This document shows positions 27,114 through 37,380 of a DNA stretch of 45,792 nt, piece by piece. Under the pieces are notes generated by a model. That model made no database searches and had not been told where the DNA came from. It saw only the letters and a program-made list of their open reading frames with translations. Numbering within the stretch: the first letter of the stretch is position 1; each line of letters opens with the position of its first letter. The DNA is from Methanocellales archaeon. Its GTDB lineage: Archaea; Halobacteriota; UBA148. A program made the translations under genes and the position numbers. The stretch is taken from positions 1 to 45,792 of the forward strand of contig JAAEEL010000015.1 in the NCBI GenBank assembly GCA_013415795.1, read 5' to 3'.

Positions 27114-27914
27114 ATGAAAATATGCATCAGTGGAAAGGGAGGCGTCGGAAAGACGACTTTTGCCGGAACCTTAGCCAGGATGCTTGCCAGAGATGGCTTT
27201 GATGTGATAGCCATAGATGCGGACCCGGCCCATAATCTCCATTCAACCTTGGGAATAGGGGAGGAGGAATTTGAGGGCCTGATACCCCTAGGAGAGATGG
27301 GAGATCTAATCGAGGAAAGGACTGGGGCATCTCCAGATGTTTATGGATCAGTATTCAAGTTAAATCCGAAAGTTTCTGACTTACCCCAGAAGTTATGGAT
27401 AGATGCACCGGATGGTGTAAAGTTCATTTTAATGGGAACCGTCAAAAAAGGAGGTTCAGGATGTGTATGTCCCTCCAACGTTATGTTAAAAACTTTTCTA
27501 AAACATGTGCTCTCGGGAAAACATGATGTCATAGTAGACATGGAGGCTGGTGTTGAGCATTTAGGGAGAGGGACTGCAAAATATACCGATGCGTTGATAG
27601 CCGTGACCGAAGCAACACCCAACTCAATAGAGATCGCTCATAAAATAATGAATCTTGCAGAGGATATTGGGTTGAAAGAAACTTACGTGATCGGGAATAA
27701 GGTTGATGGTGATGACGAAGAAAGATTTATAAACAAGAGTTTTGATAACATCTTAGGCATCATACCCTTTGATCATAGAGTTAGGGGGGCTGAGATGAAC
27801 GGAAAGGCTTTGATTGATTTCCCGACATCGAAAGCCCTCAAAGCCATCTCAAAAATCAAAAATAGACTAATAGAGGAGAGATTTTGTGAAAAAAACAAGA
27901 TTCAGGGTCGATGA
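27114..27914 (+). CDS. cooC: CooC-type nickel-insertion ATPase (CODH maturation), paralog 1
   Basis: P-loop ISGKGGVGKTT and the metal-binding CxC motif GSGCVCPSN, with a MinD/ParA-like fold. It lies immediately upstream of cdhA and overlaps it by 29 nt. Confidence 0.85.
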   Translation: MKICISGKGGVGKTTFAGTLARMLARDGFDVIAIDADPAHNLHSTLGIGEEEFEGLIPLGEMGDLIEERTGASPDVYGSVFKLNPKVSDLPQKLWIDAPDGVKFILMGTVKKGGSGCVCPSNVMLKTFLKHVLSGKHDVIVDMEAGVEHLGRGTAKYTDALIAVTEATPNSIEIAHKIMNLAEDIGLKETYVIGNKVDGDDEERFINKSFDNILGIIPFDHRVRGAEMNGKALIDFPTSKALKAISKIKNRLIEERFCEKNKIQGR

Positions 27915-30234
27915 GCTGGAAAGTGGTGGCTTTAAGATAAAGGGTCTGGACGCCACCGTTGGAACGTTTTATGAAGAGTGGGAAGAGGCCATAGGACCCA
28001 CTCCAATGCCTGACATCTCAACTTTCAGAGAGTGGGACCGTATCCTTTTGAACAGGTATAAGCCCTTTTATTTACCATTCTGCGACCTGTGTTGCCTGTG
28101 CACCATGGGGAAGTGCGATCTGAGCAAGGGAAAAAGGGGGGCCTGCGGGCTGGATATGGCAGCTCAGCAATCGAGAATAGTCCTACTTGCATGTGCCATA
28201 GGGGCAGCAACCCACGCGGGCCATGGTAGGCACATGGTTGAGGAGTTAGTAAGCAAATTAGGCAAAGATCATTCTCTAGACCTTGGATCCTCCATACTTA
28301 TTGAGGCACCGCACTCACGCTTGATTACGGGCATAAAGCCCAAGACATTAGGCGACCTTGAGGATATTCTCGATTACGTGGAAACAGAGATAAGCCAATT
28401 GCTTTCCTGCTGCCATACTGGGCAGGAGGGTGATAACCTAGATTTCGAGTCAAAGGCATTTCATGCAGGTATGATCGACCATCTAGCTTTGGAAGTCTCT
28501 GATTTGGCACAGATATCTGCTTTAAATTTCCCAAAAGCAGATCCAGAGTCCCCACTAGTGGATATAGGAATAGGTAGTATTGACACATGCAAACCGGTTA
28601 TTTTAGTAATAGGACACAATGTACCTCCAGCGGCCGCGATATTTGACTACATGGAGGATAGTGGACTGGAGGATAGCATAGAACTCACCGGCATATGTTG
28701 CACTGCACATGATTTAACTAGATATACAAAAAAGGCGAAGATAGCAGGACCCCTCTCCCATCAACTGAGATTCGTGAGATCCGGCATAGCAGACGTTATA
28801 GTGGTTGATGAGCAATGCATCCGAGCAGACATACTGGACGAAGCGAAAAAGGTCAATGCACCTCTTATCTCAACGAATTACAAGAATTTTCAGGGGCTAC
28901 CAAATCGTACCGATGATCCCATAGATGAAATAGTAAGCGACCTAGTGGAGGGTAGAAGTCCTGGTGTAGCCATCCTAGATTCGGATAAGGCGGGGGAGGT
29001 TGCTACCAGAGTTGCAATGGGCGTATTCCCTAAGAGGAAAAAGTTAGGGATTACCCCGGAAGAGTCTGAAATAATTGATTACGCCAGTAAATGTACAAAA
29101 TGCCTTAGCTGTCAACGGGTTTGTCCAAATTATGTGCCCCTTCCGGAAGCCATGGAAGCGGCATCCAAAGGAAACCTTCAGCCGCTCTCGGACCTATACG
29201 AATCTTGCATAGGATGCGGGCGTTGTGAGGCTGAGGGGGTGTGCCCAAACGATCTGAAGCTCCACTCCATTATAATAGGGGCATCCAGATTAAGGATGAA
29301 GGATGAAAAGTTCAAGATTCGAGCAGGTAGGGGGGCTATACAAGATACAGAAATCCGGGCGGTTGGTGCCTCCATCGTCATGGGTGAAATACCAGGTGTG
29401 ATTGGAATAGTCGGCTGCTCCAATTACCCAGGCAGTTGGAAGGATAATGTTTTTATAATTGAAGAATTCCTGAAACGCAGATTTATCGTAACTACTTCCG
29501 GCTGCGCTGCTATGAACCTAGGTATGTACAAAAACGAGGAGGGTCTCAGCCTCTATGAAGCTTACCCCAGCGGTTTTGAGGCAGGTAGCCTTGTGAACTG
29601 TGGATCCTGTGTTTCCAACGCACACATATCTGGAGCCGCTATCAAGATAGCCAGTATTTTCGCTAGGCGGAAGCTGAACTCGAATTATGAAGAAATTGCC
29701 GATTATATATACAATCGAGTGGGTGCTGTGGGCATATCTTGGGGAGCCATGTCTCAAAAAGCAGCTGCAATAGCTAGTGGATTCTGGAGGCTTGGCATAC
29801 CTGTCATCGTAGGACCGCACGGTTCCAAATATAGACGGGCATTATTGGGAAGAAAGGACAAAGAGGAAGACTGGTATACTATCGACGCTCGCACAGGAAA
29901 GCGTGTTTATACGGGCCCGGCACCTGAACATCTTTTCATCGCCGTGGAGACGAAGGAGGAAGCAATGACCCTAATACCGAAGCTGAGCATGAGGCCTAAC
30001 GACATGACTAAAGGTCGATCAATAAAGCTAAACCATTACATAGACCTGCATAAGCGTTTTTACGGAACCATGCCAGATGACATTCAATTATTTGTACGTA
30101 CGATGTCAGACATCCCAATAACCATGAAGGACGAAATATTGGAAATCTTGAAGGAAAAAAACTGGAAGGAGAGCGAAGTCCCTACTCCAGATCCAACGCT
30201 GTTACCAAGACTTGTAAGAAAGAGGGAGATTTAA
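27886..30234 (+). CDS. cdhA: acetyl-CoA decarbonylase/synthase complex subunit alpha (CODH catalytic subunit)
   Basis: 782 aa. Contains CDLCCLCTMGKCDL, ACGLDMAAQQ, the inserted ferredoxin motifs CTKCLSCQRVCP and CIGCGRCEAEGVCP, and GCSNYP, SGCAAM and CGSCVSNAH. The start is GTG, preceded by GGAG. Confidence 0.92.
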   Translation: MKKTRFRVDELESGGFKIKGLDATVGTFYEEWEEAIGPTPMPDISTFREWDRILLNRYKPFYLPFCDLCCLCTMGKCDLSKGKRGACGLDMAAQQSRIVLLACAIGAATHAGHGRHMVEELVSKLGKDHSLDLGSSILIEAPHSRLITGIKPKTLGDLEDILDYVETEISQLLSCCHTGQEGDNLDFESKAFHAGMIDHLALEVSDLAQISALNFPKADPESPLVDIGIGSIDTCKPVILVIGHNVPPAAAIFDYMEDSGLEDSIELTGICCTAHDLTRYTKKAKIAGPLSHQLRFVRSGIADVIVVDEQCIRADILDEAKKVNAPLISTNYKNFQGLPNRTDDPIDEIVSDLVEGRSPGVAILDSDKAGEVATRVAMGVFPKRKKLGITPEESEIIDYASKCTKCLSCQRVCPNYVPLPEAMEAASKGNLQPLSDLYESCIGCGRCEAEGVCPNDLKLHSIIIGASRLRMKDEKFKIRAGRGAIQDTEIRAVGASIVMGEIPGVIGIVGCSNYPGSWKDNVFIIEEFLKRRFIVTTSGCAAMNLGMYKNEEGLSLYEAYPSGFEAGSLVNCGSCVSNAHISGAAIKIASIFARRKLNSNYEEIADYIYNRVGAVGISWGAMSQKAAAIASGFWRLGIPVIVGPHGSKYRRALLGRKDKEEDWYTIDARTGKRVYTGPAPEHLFIAVETKEEAMTLIPKLSMRPNDMTKGRSIKLNHYIDLHKRFYGTMPDDIQLFVRTMSDIPITMKDEILEILKEKNWKESEVPTPDPTLLPRLVRKREI

Positions 30235-30236
30235 CA

Positions 30237-30779
30237 ATGGCATCTGAACCTTGGCAGAGATATGAAGTTCCCGGTCCAATAAAAGCTGTAGTGATCAAAA
30301 AGCCTGAAATTGTCTCTACCTTGCTGAATAATGCAAAAAATCCAATCCTAATTGTGGGGCATGAAGTAGCTGAGATCGATTTAGGGGGTAAAAAACCGAT
30401 CGATCACATCATTCGCATTGCGAGAGCTAGCAATATTCCGGTGGTTACAACAGCCAATACATTGGCAGAGTTTCTAAAGAGAGACTTTAAGCCCGCTGCA
30501 TCGATGACTTCTATGGATATCGGCAATCGTCTCACAGACCCAGAGTGGAGTGTATCTGGTGAAAACGGTCCTCATGACCTAGCACTGATTCTCGGAATGA
30601 CATATTATGTTGGTTTTGTGATTGAGGCTGGTCTCAAGTCATTTGCTTTTCACCATCTGAAGACGGTGTCCCTAGATAGATATTATCAGCCACACTGTAA
30701 TTGGTCCTTCCCAAATCTTTCAATCAGGGATTGGGATAGAAATTTAACAATAATTGCACAGGAGATTGAGAAGAAATGA
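30237..30779 (+). CDS. cdhB: acetyl-CoA decarbonylase/synthase complex subunit epsilon
   Basis: 180 aa in the canonical position between cdhA and cdhC. The size and the N-terminus (PWQ...GP..A) are consistent with CdhB. Confidence 0.8.
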   Translation: MASEPWQRYEVPGPIKAVVIKKPEIVSTLLNNAKNPILIVGHEVAEIDLGGKKPIDHIIRIARASNIPVVTTANTLAEFLKRDFKPAASMTSMDIGNRLTDPEWSVSGENGPHDLALILGMTYYVGFVIEAGLKSFAFHHLKTVSLDRYYQPHCNWSFPNLSIRDWDRNLTIIAQEIEKK

Positions 30780-32152
30780 GTACATCAGGTATGTTTGCAG
30801 ACCTCCCTGTTGAAGTGGGTTTAGCCTATGAGGGAGAGAGAATTCGAAAACCCCAGATGCACGTAGAGCTAGGTGGGCCCAACGTAAAAGAAAAATTCGA
30901 ACTATTGAGGGTTAAGAGTCCAGAAGAGGTCGAGGACGGAAAAATTACCATAATCGGTCCAGACGTCCAAGATTTAGAAGAAGGGAGTTCGGTGCCCTTT
31001 GGCATTTATATTGAGGTTTCGGGTGATAAGCTTGAAGTGGAGATGGAGGGGGTCATGGAGAGACGTATACATGATTTCTGCAATTACATCGAAGGTTTCA
31101 TGCATTTAAATCAGAGAGACAGTATTTGGTTGCGTTTGGATAAAAAAGCGGTTAAAAAAGGATTGAACTTTGATGTAACCGGAAAAGCCCTCCAGAGATT
31201 GTTCAAAAGCGAAATGTCGATAATTGAAAAGATGCAAATCACATTCTTAACTGAACCTGTAGAAGTGAAGAAAAAGTTTCAAGAAGCACTTGATATATAT
31301 GAGGCAAGAGATGCGAGGGCCAGAGGTATGACAGATAACGATGTCGATGTTTTCTACGGTTGCACACTTTGCCAGTCTTTTGCACCATCCCATATCTGCG
31401 TAATCTCTGCTCAAAGATACGCCAATTGCGGAGCCATAAGCTGGTTTGATGGAAGAGCAGCTGCAAAGGTTGACCCAAAAGGACCAGTATTTGAAATACC
31501 AAAGGAAAAATGTCTAGATGAATGGAAAGGCGAATATGAGGGTATAAACAAAATTGTTTCCGAGAAGTCCCTTGGAGAAATTGACAGAATACAGTTGTAT
31601 ACAGCATTCGACTATCCTCACACATCATGTGGATGCTTTGAAATTACAACATTTTACGTTCCAGAATGCGATGGACTGGGGGTTGTTCACAGGGATTTCA
31701 AAGGACAGACACCTAGTGGATTAACTTTTGGAGGTCTAGCAGATTCCACCGGAGGTGGAAGACAGGTCAACGGCTTTCATGGCATCTCATTCGAATACAT
31801 GCGGTCTCCAAAGTTCTTACAGGTAGATGGAGGATGGAATCGGATAGTTTGGCTTCCGACTGAAGTTAAAGAGAAGATGAAAGACTACATACCCAAAGAA
31901 TTGTATGACAAAATAGCGACAGAGGATGATGCCACAGACATTGTCAGTCTAAAAGAATTTTTGAAGGAAAAAGGGCACCCAGTAGTTGAAAAGTGGGTTG
32001 AAAAACCTCCCGATGCCATAGAGGCTCAGACTCTTGAGGCCATGCCAGTTGGCACTATTTCAGGAGTGGGCATTCCTTCGGGCGGAATAACAATAATACT
32101 GAAAAATGCAAAAATCCATGCTGAGAAAGTGATCATCAAAAGAGCGAAATAA
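30776..32152 (+). CDS. cdhC: acetyl-CoA decarbonylase/synthase complex subunit beta (acetyl-CoA synthase, A-cluster)
   Basis: Contains CTLCQSFAPSHICVISAQR and HTSCGCFE (the Cys-Gly-Cys of the A-cluster). The ATG overlaps the cdhB stop as ATGA. Confidence 0.92.
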   Translation: MSTSGMFADLPVEVGLAYEGERIRKPQMHVELGGPNVKEKFELLRVKSPEEVEDGKITIIGPDVQDLEEGSSVPFGIYIEVSGDKLEVEMEGVMERRIHDFCNYIEGFMHLNQRDSIWLRLDKKAVKKGLNFDVTGKALQRLFKSEMSIIEKMQITFLTEPVEVKKKFQEALDIYEARDARARGMTDNDVDVFYGCTLCQSFAPSHICVISAQRYANCGAISWFDGRAAAKVDPKGPVFEIPKEKCLDEWKGEYEGINKIVSEKSLGEIDRIQLYTAFDYPHTSCGCFEITTFYVPECDGLGVVHRDFKGQTPSGLTFGGLADSTGGGRQVNGFHGISFEYMRSPKFLQVDGGWNRIVWLPTEVKEKMKDYIPKELYDKIATEDDATDIVSLKEFLKEKGHPVVEKWVEKPPDAIEAQTLEAMPVGTISGVGIPSGGITIILKNAKIHAEKVIIKRAK

Positions 32153-32161
32153 TGAACTAAC

Positions 32162-32920
32162 ATGGGAAAAGTAATTGCAGTTTCTGGTAAGGGTGGAGTC
32201 GGAAAAACAATACTTGCTTCGTTGCTGATCAGAAAATTGGTTAAGTCTGGTAAAAAAAGCATCTTAGCAATAGATGCGGACCCTGATTCCAATTTGCCTG
32301 ATGCGCTAGGAGTATCAGTCGAGAGAAGCTTAGGAGATATTAGAGAAGAATTAATATCAAAGCAATCTGAATTCCCTCCAGATTATTCAAAGACTGCATG
32401 GTTGGAGGCCAAAGTTCTTGAAATAATGGCAGAAATGCCTAGCTTTGATGTTATTGTTATGGGAAAGCCCGAAGGTCCTGGATGTTATTGTGCAGTAAAT
32501 CACATGCTTCGTAGTATTATAGATTCTCTCCCTAGGAGCTATGATTATATAATCATAGATACCGAGGCAGGATTAGAACATTTGAGCAGAAGGACCACAC
32601 GGGGCGTTGACGACATGATAGTTGTGACTGACTTATCAGTACACGGCTTTAAGACTGCAGAGAGGATTAAAAATCTTTCCAAAGAACTGGGAATAGAGTT
32701 CAAACATTTGTATCTCGTGGGTAATAGGGTTAATCCTTCACATGAAAAAATGATATCAGAAAAAATCAAGTCCACTGGATTGGAATTTGCGGGTTTGATA
32801 CCAGAGGAGAAGGAAATAACAGAATACAACCTTGTTGGTAAATCCCTGTTGGATTTGCCAGAAAGTTCCTTGGCAGTAAAGGCTGTAGATGATATTGCAA
32901 AGAAAATAAAACTTATATAG
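32162..32920 (+). CDS. cooC: CooC/AcsF-type nickel-insertion ATPase, paralog 2
   Basis: P-loop VSGKGGVGKTI and the CxC motif GPGCYCAVN. It occupies the canonical slot between cdhC and cdhD. Confidence 0.85.
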   Translation: MGKVIAVSGKGGVGKTILASLLIRKLVKSGKKSILAIDADPDSNLPDALGVSVERSLGDIREELISKQSEFPPDYSKTAWLEAKVLEIMAEMPSFDVIVMGKPEGPGCYCAVNHMLRSIIDSLPRSYDYIIIDTEAGLEHLSRRTTRGVDDMIVVTDLSVHGFKTAERIKNLSKELGIEFKHLYLVGNRVNPSHEKMISEKIKSTGLEFAGLIPEEKEITEYNLVGKSLLDLPESSLAVKAVDDIAKKIKLI

Positions 32921-32929
32921 GGCAGAAAA

Positions 32930-34090
32930 ATGAAAAACACGCTGTATCTACCAGAAATAATAAAAATGTTGGAGAAGGTAGAGGAGATAGAACTCGAGAA
33001 TATAGACATGACTGCTGGAGAACTAGAGCTTATAATGTCGATGATATCGGCCATTAAAGGGCCGTCTGTTAAAAAAGCGGAATATCTCGATCTGGACTTT
33101 AATGTCCCTCTAGCAAATTTTCCGGGTGAGGTCCTTGAAGTGGAATTGGGTGCAACAAAATCCAATGGGGGAACCAGAAAAAATGTTATAAAGGTTGGCG
33201 GACAAAAGACGTTGCCTTTCTATAATTTTGAGTCACACAATCCGAATGAGCCCGTTATAGCCTATGATGTATTCGATACAAATATACATCTGGCAGGACC
33301 AGTCAGAAGACATTTTGAGGATGTTATGGACGATCCGGCAGAATGGGCTAAGAGATGCGTGGATAAATATGGTGCTGATGCGGTTACCATACATTTGATA
33401 AGCACCGATCCTACTATCAAAGACACTTCCGCCCGAGAAGCCGCTAAGACTGTAGAGAATGTACTGCAGGCGGTAAAAGTGCCAATAATCATCGGTGGCT
33501 CCGGTAACACCGACAAAGATCCTGAAGTTTTAGAAAAGGCTGCAGAAGTATCTGAAGGAGAGCATTGTCTAATTAATTCCGCAAGCATGAACATGGATTA
33601 TAAGAGGATTGCAAAAGCATGCTTAGATCACGGTCATGTCGTTTTATCTTGGACTTCTCTAGATATCAACGACCAGAAAACACTGAACAAATATTTGATA
33701 GATTTAGGAATAAAAAGAGAGGACATTATCATGGACCCCACAACTGCTGCTCTGGGTTATGGGTTAGAATATTCATTTAGCATCATGGAGAGAATTAGAT
33801 TGGCAGCCCTCAAAGGGGACAAAGATTTACAGATGCCGATGTCCTCTGGAACTACAAATGCTTGGGGGGCAAGAGAGGCATGGATGGAAAATCCAGAATG
33901 GGGCGACCGAGAGAAGAGGGGGCCTTTATGGGAGGCTGTTACCGCACTTACTTTATGCCTTGCCGGGAGCGATCTGTTCATGATGATGAATCCCACTGCT
34001 ATGCAATTATTTAAGGACACTTTCAGATGCTTATCTGGTTTAAAAGAGACTGTTTCGCTGGATATCAAAGATTGGATAAGAATGGGGTAA
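32930..34090 (+). CDS. cdhD: acetyl-CoA decarbonylase/synthase complex subunit delta (corrinoid Fe-S protein small subunit)
   Basis: 386 aa in the canonical position. TIM-barrel-like segments include GADAVTIHL and VPIIIGGSGN. Confidence 0.8.
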   Translation: MKNTLYLPEIIKMLEKVEEIELENIDMTAGELELIMSMISAIKGPSVKKAEYLDLDFNVPLANFPGEVLEVELGATKSNGGTRKNVIKVGGQKTLPFYNFESHNPNEPVIAYDVFDTNIHLAGPVRRHFEDVMDDPAEWAKRCVDKYGADAVTIHLISTDPTIKDTSAREAAKTVENVLQAVKVPIIIGGSGNTDKDPEVLEKAAEVSEGEHCLINSASMNMDYKRIAKACLDHGHVVLSWTSLDINDQKTLNKYLIDLGIKREDIIMDPTTAALGYGLEYSFSIMERIRLAALKGDKDLQMPMSSGTTNAWGAREAWMENPEWGDREKRGPLWEAVTALTLCLAGSDLFMMMNPTAMQLFKDTFRCLSGLKETVSLDIKDWIRMG

Positions 34091-34096
34091 GATAAA

Positions 34097-35485
34097 ATGG
34101 CCAAGAAGATAGGACCACTCGACATCTACAACTACTTGCCGAAGACAAACTGCGGAGAATGCGGCGAAAAAACTTGCATGGCTTTTGCTTCGCAACTCAT
34201 AGAAAGATCCGTAAAGCTTGAAGACTGCTCTCCACTGATACAACCAAATTTTGCTGTAAGTTACCGTGGCCTGAAAGAAATGCTTGCTCCAAGCGTTAAA
34301 GAAGTATTAGTCGGCGTTGAGAACACGGCAGTCAAGATAGGTGGGGAGGAAGTCATCTTTCGACATGAACTTACGTATTTTAATAAGACTGCTATTGCAC
34401 TGGATGTTCACGATGAGATGGAGAATGATGAATTAGTAAGTAGGGTTAGATATGTTAACGATTTTTATTTCAAGAGAATCGGCGAAGAACTAAAACTGGA
34501 CATTATCGCTATTCGATCAAAATCAAACGACCCAGATATATTTGCCCAATGCGTATCAAAAGTATCAGATGAGACAAAAAAACCCCTGATGATATGCTCA
34601 TGGGATCCTTTTGTGCTGGAATCGGGTTTAAAAGTCGTTGGACATGAGAGGCCACTTATCTACGCAGCGACCAAGGATACCTGGAAGGAAATTGGGGGGC
34701 TTGCCTTGAAATACAATTGTCCTGTGGTAGCTTTTGCTGATGGTGATATGTCGGAGCTAAAGTCAGTGGTAAAAGCCCTAGAATCTATGGGAGTAGAGGA
34801 CATAGTCCTAGATCCTGGATCACATGTGGAGGGTCAACATCTTTCGAACACATTTGGTAATTTCGTGAAATCTAGGAGAGCAGCCATTTGGAACGAGGAT
34901 GTCGGTTATCCTTTATTAGGAGTGCCAGCCATAGTATGGTTGAACGGAGATGGCGCAGAGAATACTTTTAAAGAGGTTATGATCGCTGCTATTATGATAG
35001 ATAAGTATGCAGATCTAATAATTCTCCATACGCCTGAAATATGGGCTTTGCTTCCAATCGTCACTTTGAGACAAAACATCTACACTGATCCGAGAAGACC
35101 AATTGCAGTCGATGCAGGTCTAAAGAGGTTTGGTAATCCGGATGAGAATTCACCTGTTCTTATGACCACTAACTTTGCTTTGACATACTACACCGTCGCA
35201 TCAGATATTGAATCTTTAGGTGTCGATTGCTATCTTTTGGTTATTGATACAGAGGGATTAGGCGTCGAAGTATCGGTCGCAGGTGGACAATTAGATGCTT
35301 TTAAGGCAGTGGATGCCATCAAAAAAAGTGGAATCGAAGAAGAGGTTAAACACAGGAAGATCATCATACCAGGATTATCTTCCCGAATCAGTGGTGATCT
35401 GGAGATTCAGAGCGATTGGGAAGTATTGGTTGGTCCCGTCGATTCATCAAGCATAGGAGACTTCATAGAAAAGAAATGGAGTTAA
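34097..35485 (+). CDS. cdhE: acetyl-CoA decarbonylase/synthase complex subunit gamma (corrinoid Fe-S protein large subunit)
   Basis: The N-terminal 4Fe-4S motif LPKTNCGECGEKTCMAFA is followed by TIM-barrel and corrinoid-binding domains. 462 aa. Confidence 0.9.
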   Translation: MAKKIGPLDIYNYLPKTNCGECGEKTCMAFASQLIERSVKLEDCSPLIQPNFAVSYRGLKEMLAPSVKEVLVGVENTAVKIGGEEVIFRHELTYFNKTAIALDVHDEMENDELVSRVRYVNDFYFKRIGEELKLDIIAIRSKSNDPDIFAQCVSKVSDETKKPLMICSWDPFVLESGLKVVGHERPLIYAATKDTWKEIGGLALKYNCPVVAFADGDMSELKSVVKALESMGVEDIVLDPGSHVEGQHLSNTFGNFVKSRRAAIWNEDVGYPLLGVPAIVWLNGDGAENTFKEVMIAAIMIDKYADLIILHTPEIWALLPIVTLRQNIYTDPRRPIAVDAGLKRFGNPDENSPVLMTTNFALTYYTVASDIESLGVDCYLLVIDTEGLGVEVSVAGGQLDAFKAVDAIKKSGIEEEVKHRKIIIPGLSSRISGDLEIQSDWEVLVGPVDSSSIGDFIEKKWS

Positions 35486-37291
35486 TTAACCCAGCAATTC
35501 CTTCACATGTGGAAAGTTATTCAGGTTGGAGTGCGGGAAGAACATTGCATCCATGAATTCATCTTGGAAATCCTTTCTTCCAGATAATTCTACGTATTCA
35601 ACTTTTTTAGATAGTAGGGCTGCCTTTAATCTCGCATTTTTTGATATTAGGGCCATCTTCGATCCAACTCCTGCAGCGTTACCAATGTCTTTCACACTAT
35701 CTAGGGGTATATCAGGAATCAACCCAATGACCTGTGCATTTTCCTTTGGCAGTGATGTGCCAAAAGCTCCAGCCAGAAGTATTTCCGCTATATCAGAGGT
35801 TTTTATACCCAACTCTTTCATCAATATATTGGTACCGGCATAGATGGCGCCTTTGGCAAGTTGAAGCTCTCTAATATCGCTTTGTGTAACAGTAATGCCT
35901 CGGGCCAAGACGAATGCAGCCTCGCCTTTCTCGTAAGTCAACCTGTCACAATATAATTTCTTTACATCTAGATCGTCTGAAATTTTTCCTGTATTATTGA
36001 TTATTCGGTTCTTCAGCATCTCAGCTACGGCATCCACAAGACCAGAGCCAGTTATACCTCTTGCTGTAGCATTATCAATCGTTTTTCCATATACAACGCC
36101 ATCCGAAATTACAACCCTATCTATTGCGCCTGGAGCGGCTCTCATCCCATGCTGAATATGTGCCCCCTCAAATGCCGGACCAGCCGCAGCAGAGCATGCA
36201 ATGATCTTTTTTTCAGATCCTAAAGCGATCTCTACGTTAGTGCCGATGTCTATTGCCAGCCTAATATCTTCTCCTTCATCCAGCTGGGATGCCAACAATA
36301 CACCAATTGTGTCGGCGCCAACGAAACTAGCTATAGTAGGTAAAACATGTACATTCACTTTTTCGTTAACCTTTACGCCGAGATCGCTCGCCTTTATGTT
36401 AACGGGATCCTTTAGAGCAGAAATATATGGGGAGAATGCTAAGCTCTTTGGAGTTATATTTAGGAGTAAATGGAGCATGCAAGTATTCCCAGCAATGCTT
36501 ATCTCATAGATGTTTTCTTTTTCTATGCCAACGCTTACTTCATCGATTATCTCATTGATAGCCTGTAAAATCTTGTCATTTAGCTCCCTCAGACCTCCAT
36601 CAGTCTTGGCAAAATCTATCCTTGATACAACATCTTCACCATAGAATACCTGAGGATTCATCCTTGATGCACAGGAAATATCTTTGCCTGTATTTAGGTC
36701 AACCAAGTATCCAACAACAGTCGTAGTACCTAAGTCGAAGCTAATACCGTATTTTTTGTCTGTTGTATCTCCTTCTTCTACCCCAACCAGATCATTGTCA
36801 ATCAGTACGACAGTTACTCTGAAGTCTGAACTCCTAAGTTTTAATGGAAGTTGCTGGATGAAATTGAGACTAACATTCCCTATAACAATCTCTTCCCTCT
36901 CCAGAGCCTGTGTTATTCTACTTAAATCCGATTTTTGATCGCTCAAAGACGGTTTTTTTAGTTTTAGATATAATTTATGTACGTTCGGGTTGAGAGGTAT
37001 CTCTCTCTCCGTCCCTCCAACTAGTATTTTTTGCTGTAGAAGCCTTGTGCTGGCTGGAACCTCTATTACAGCATCGCTGGTTATACTGGTCCGACAAGCC
37101 AACATTAGACCTTCTTGGGTCTCTCCTCCCAGATAACTGCCCTTGATTAATCTGACCTTACACTTGCCACAGACTCCCTTGCCCCCACATACAGTCTCCA
37201 AAGGAATTCCTGCGGCTACAGCGGCTTCCATGATCTTTGTTCCCTTCTGCACTCGAACTCTTTTCCCATAAGGCTGAAAAATTATTTCCAT
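35486..37291 (-). CDS. RACo-type reductive activator of corrinoid Fe-S protein (COG3894; 2Fe-2S ferredoxin domain plus ASKHA ATPase)
   Basis: 601 aa. It has an N-terminal plant-type 2Fe-2S motif CGGKGVCGKCKV...LACR and ASKHA phosphate motifs FDLGTTTVVG and AIDIGTNVEIAL. Its stop codon directly abuts the cdhE stop (TAATTA within TTAATTAA). Confidence 0.85.
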   Translation of the reverse strand: MEIIFQPYGKRVRVQKGTKIMEAAVAAGIPLETVCGGKGVCGKCKVRLIKGSYLGGETQEGLMLACRTSITSDAVIEVPASTRLLQQKILVGGTEREIPLNPNVHKLYLKLKKPSLSDQKSDLSRITQALEREEIVIGNVSLNFIQQLPLKLRSSDFRVTVVLIDNDLVGVEEGDTTDKKYGISFDLGTTTVVGYLVDLNTGKDISCASRMNPQVFYGEDVVSRIDFAKTDGGLRELNDKILQAINEIIDEVSVGIEKENIYEISIAGNTCMLHLLLNITPKSLAFSPYISALKDPVNIKASDLGVKVNEKVNVHVLPTIASFVGADTIGVLLASQLDEGEDIRLAIDIGTNVEIALGSEKKIIACSAAAGPAFEGAHIQHGMRAAPGAIDRVVISDGVVYGKTIDNATARGITGSGLVDAVAEMLKNRIINNTGKISDDLDVKKLYCDRLTYEKGEAAFVLARGITVTQSDIRELQLAKGAIYAGTNILMKELGIKTSDIAEILLAGAFGTSLPKENAQVIGLIPDIPLDSVKDIGNAAGVGSKMALISKNARLKAALLSKKVEYVELSGRKDFQDEFMDAMFFPHSNLNNFPHVKELLG

Positions 37292-37380
37292 CTTTAAATA
37301 CGATGAGCGCGTCTATTTTTAAAATTAACTGTCATTTTTAGAAAAAAGTAATTAGCAATAGAAGGAATAAAGGTTAATAA

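Noticed and set aside
32545-33165. 206-aa ORF on the minus strand across cooC2/cdhD. There are similar long antisense ORFs at 196-702, 9080-9622, 41965-42561, 16064-16465 and 33757-34125.
   Set aside because: Each lies antisense to a gene with unmistakable family motifs (ABCE1, DHPS-like, FtsZ, DUF359/S24e, Cdh). The translations are Ser/Ile/Phe-rich low-complexity strings typical of shadow frames in AT-rich DNA.
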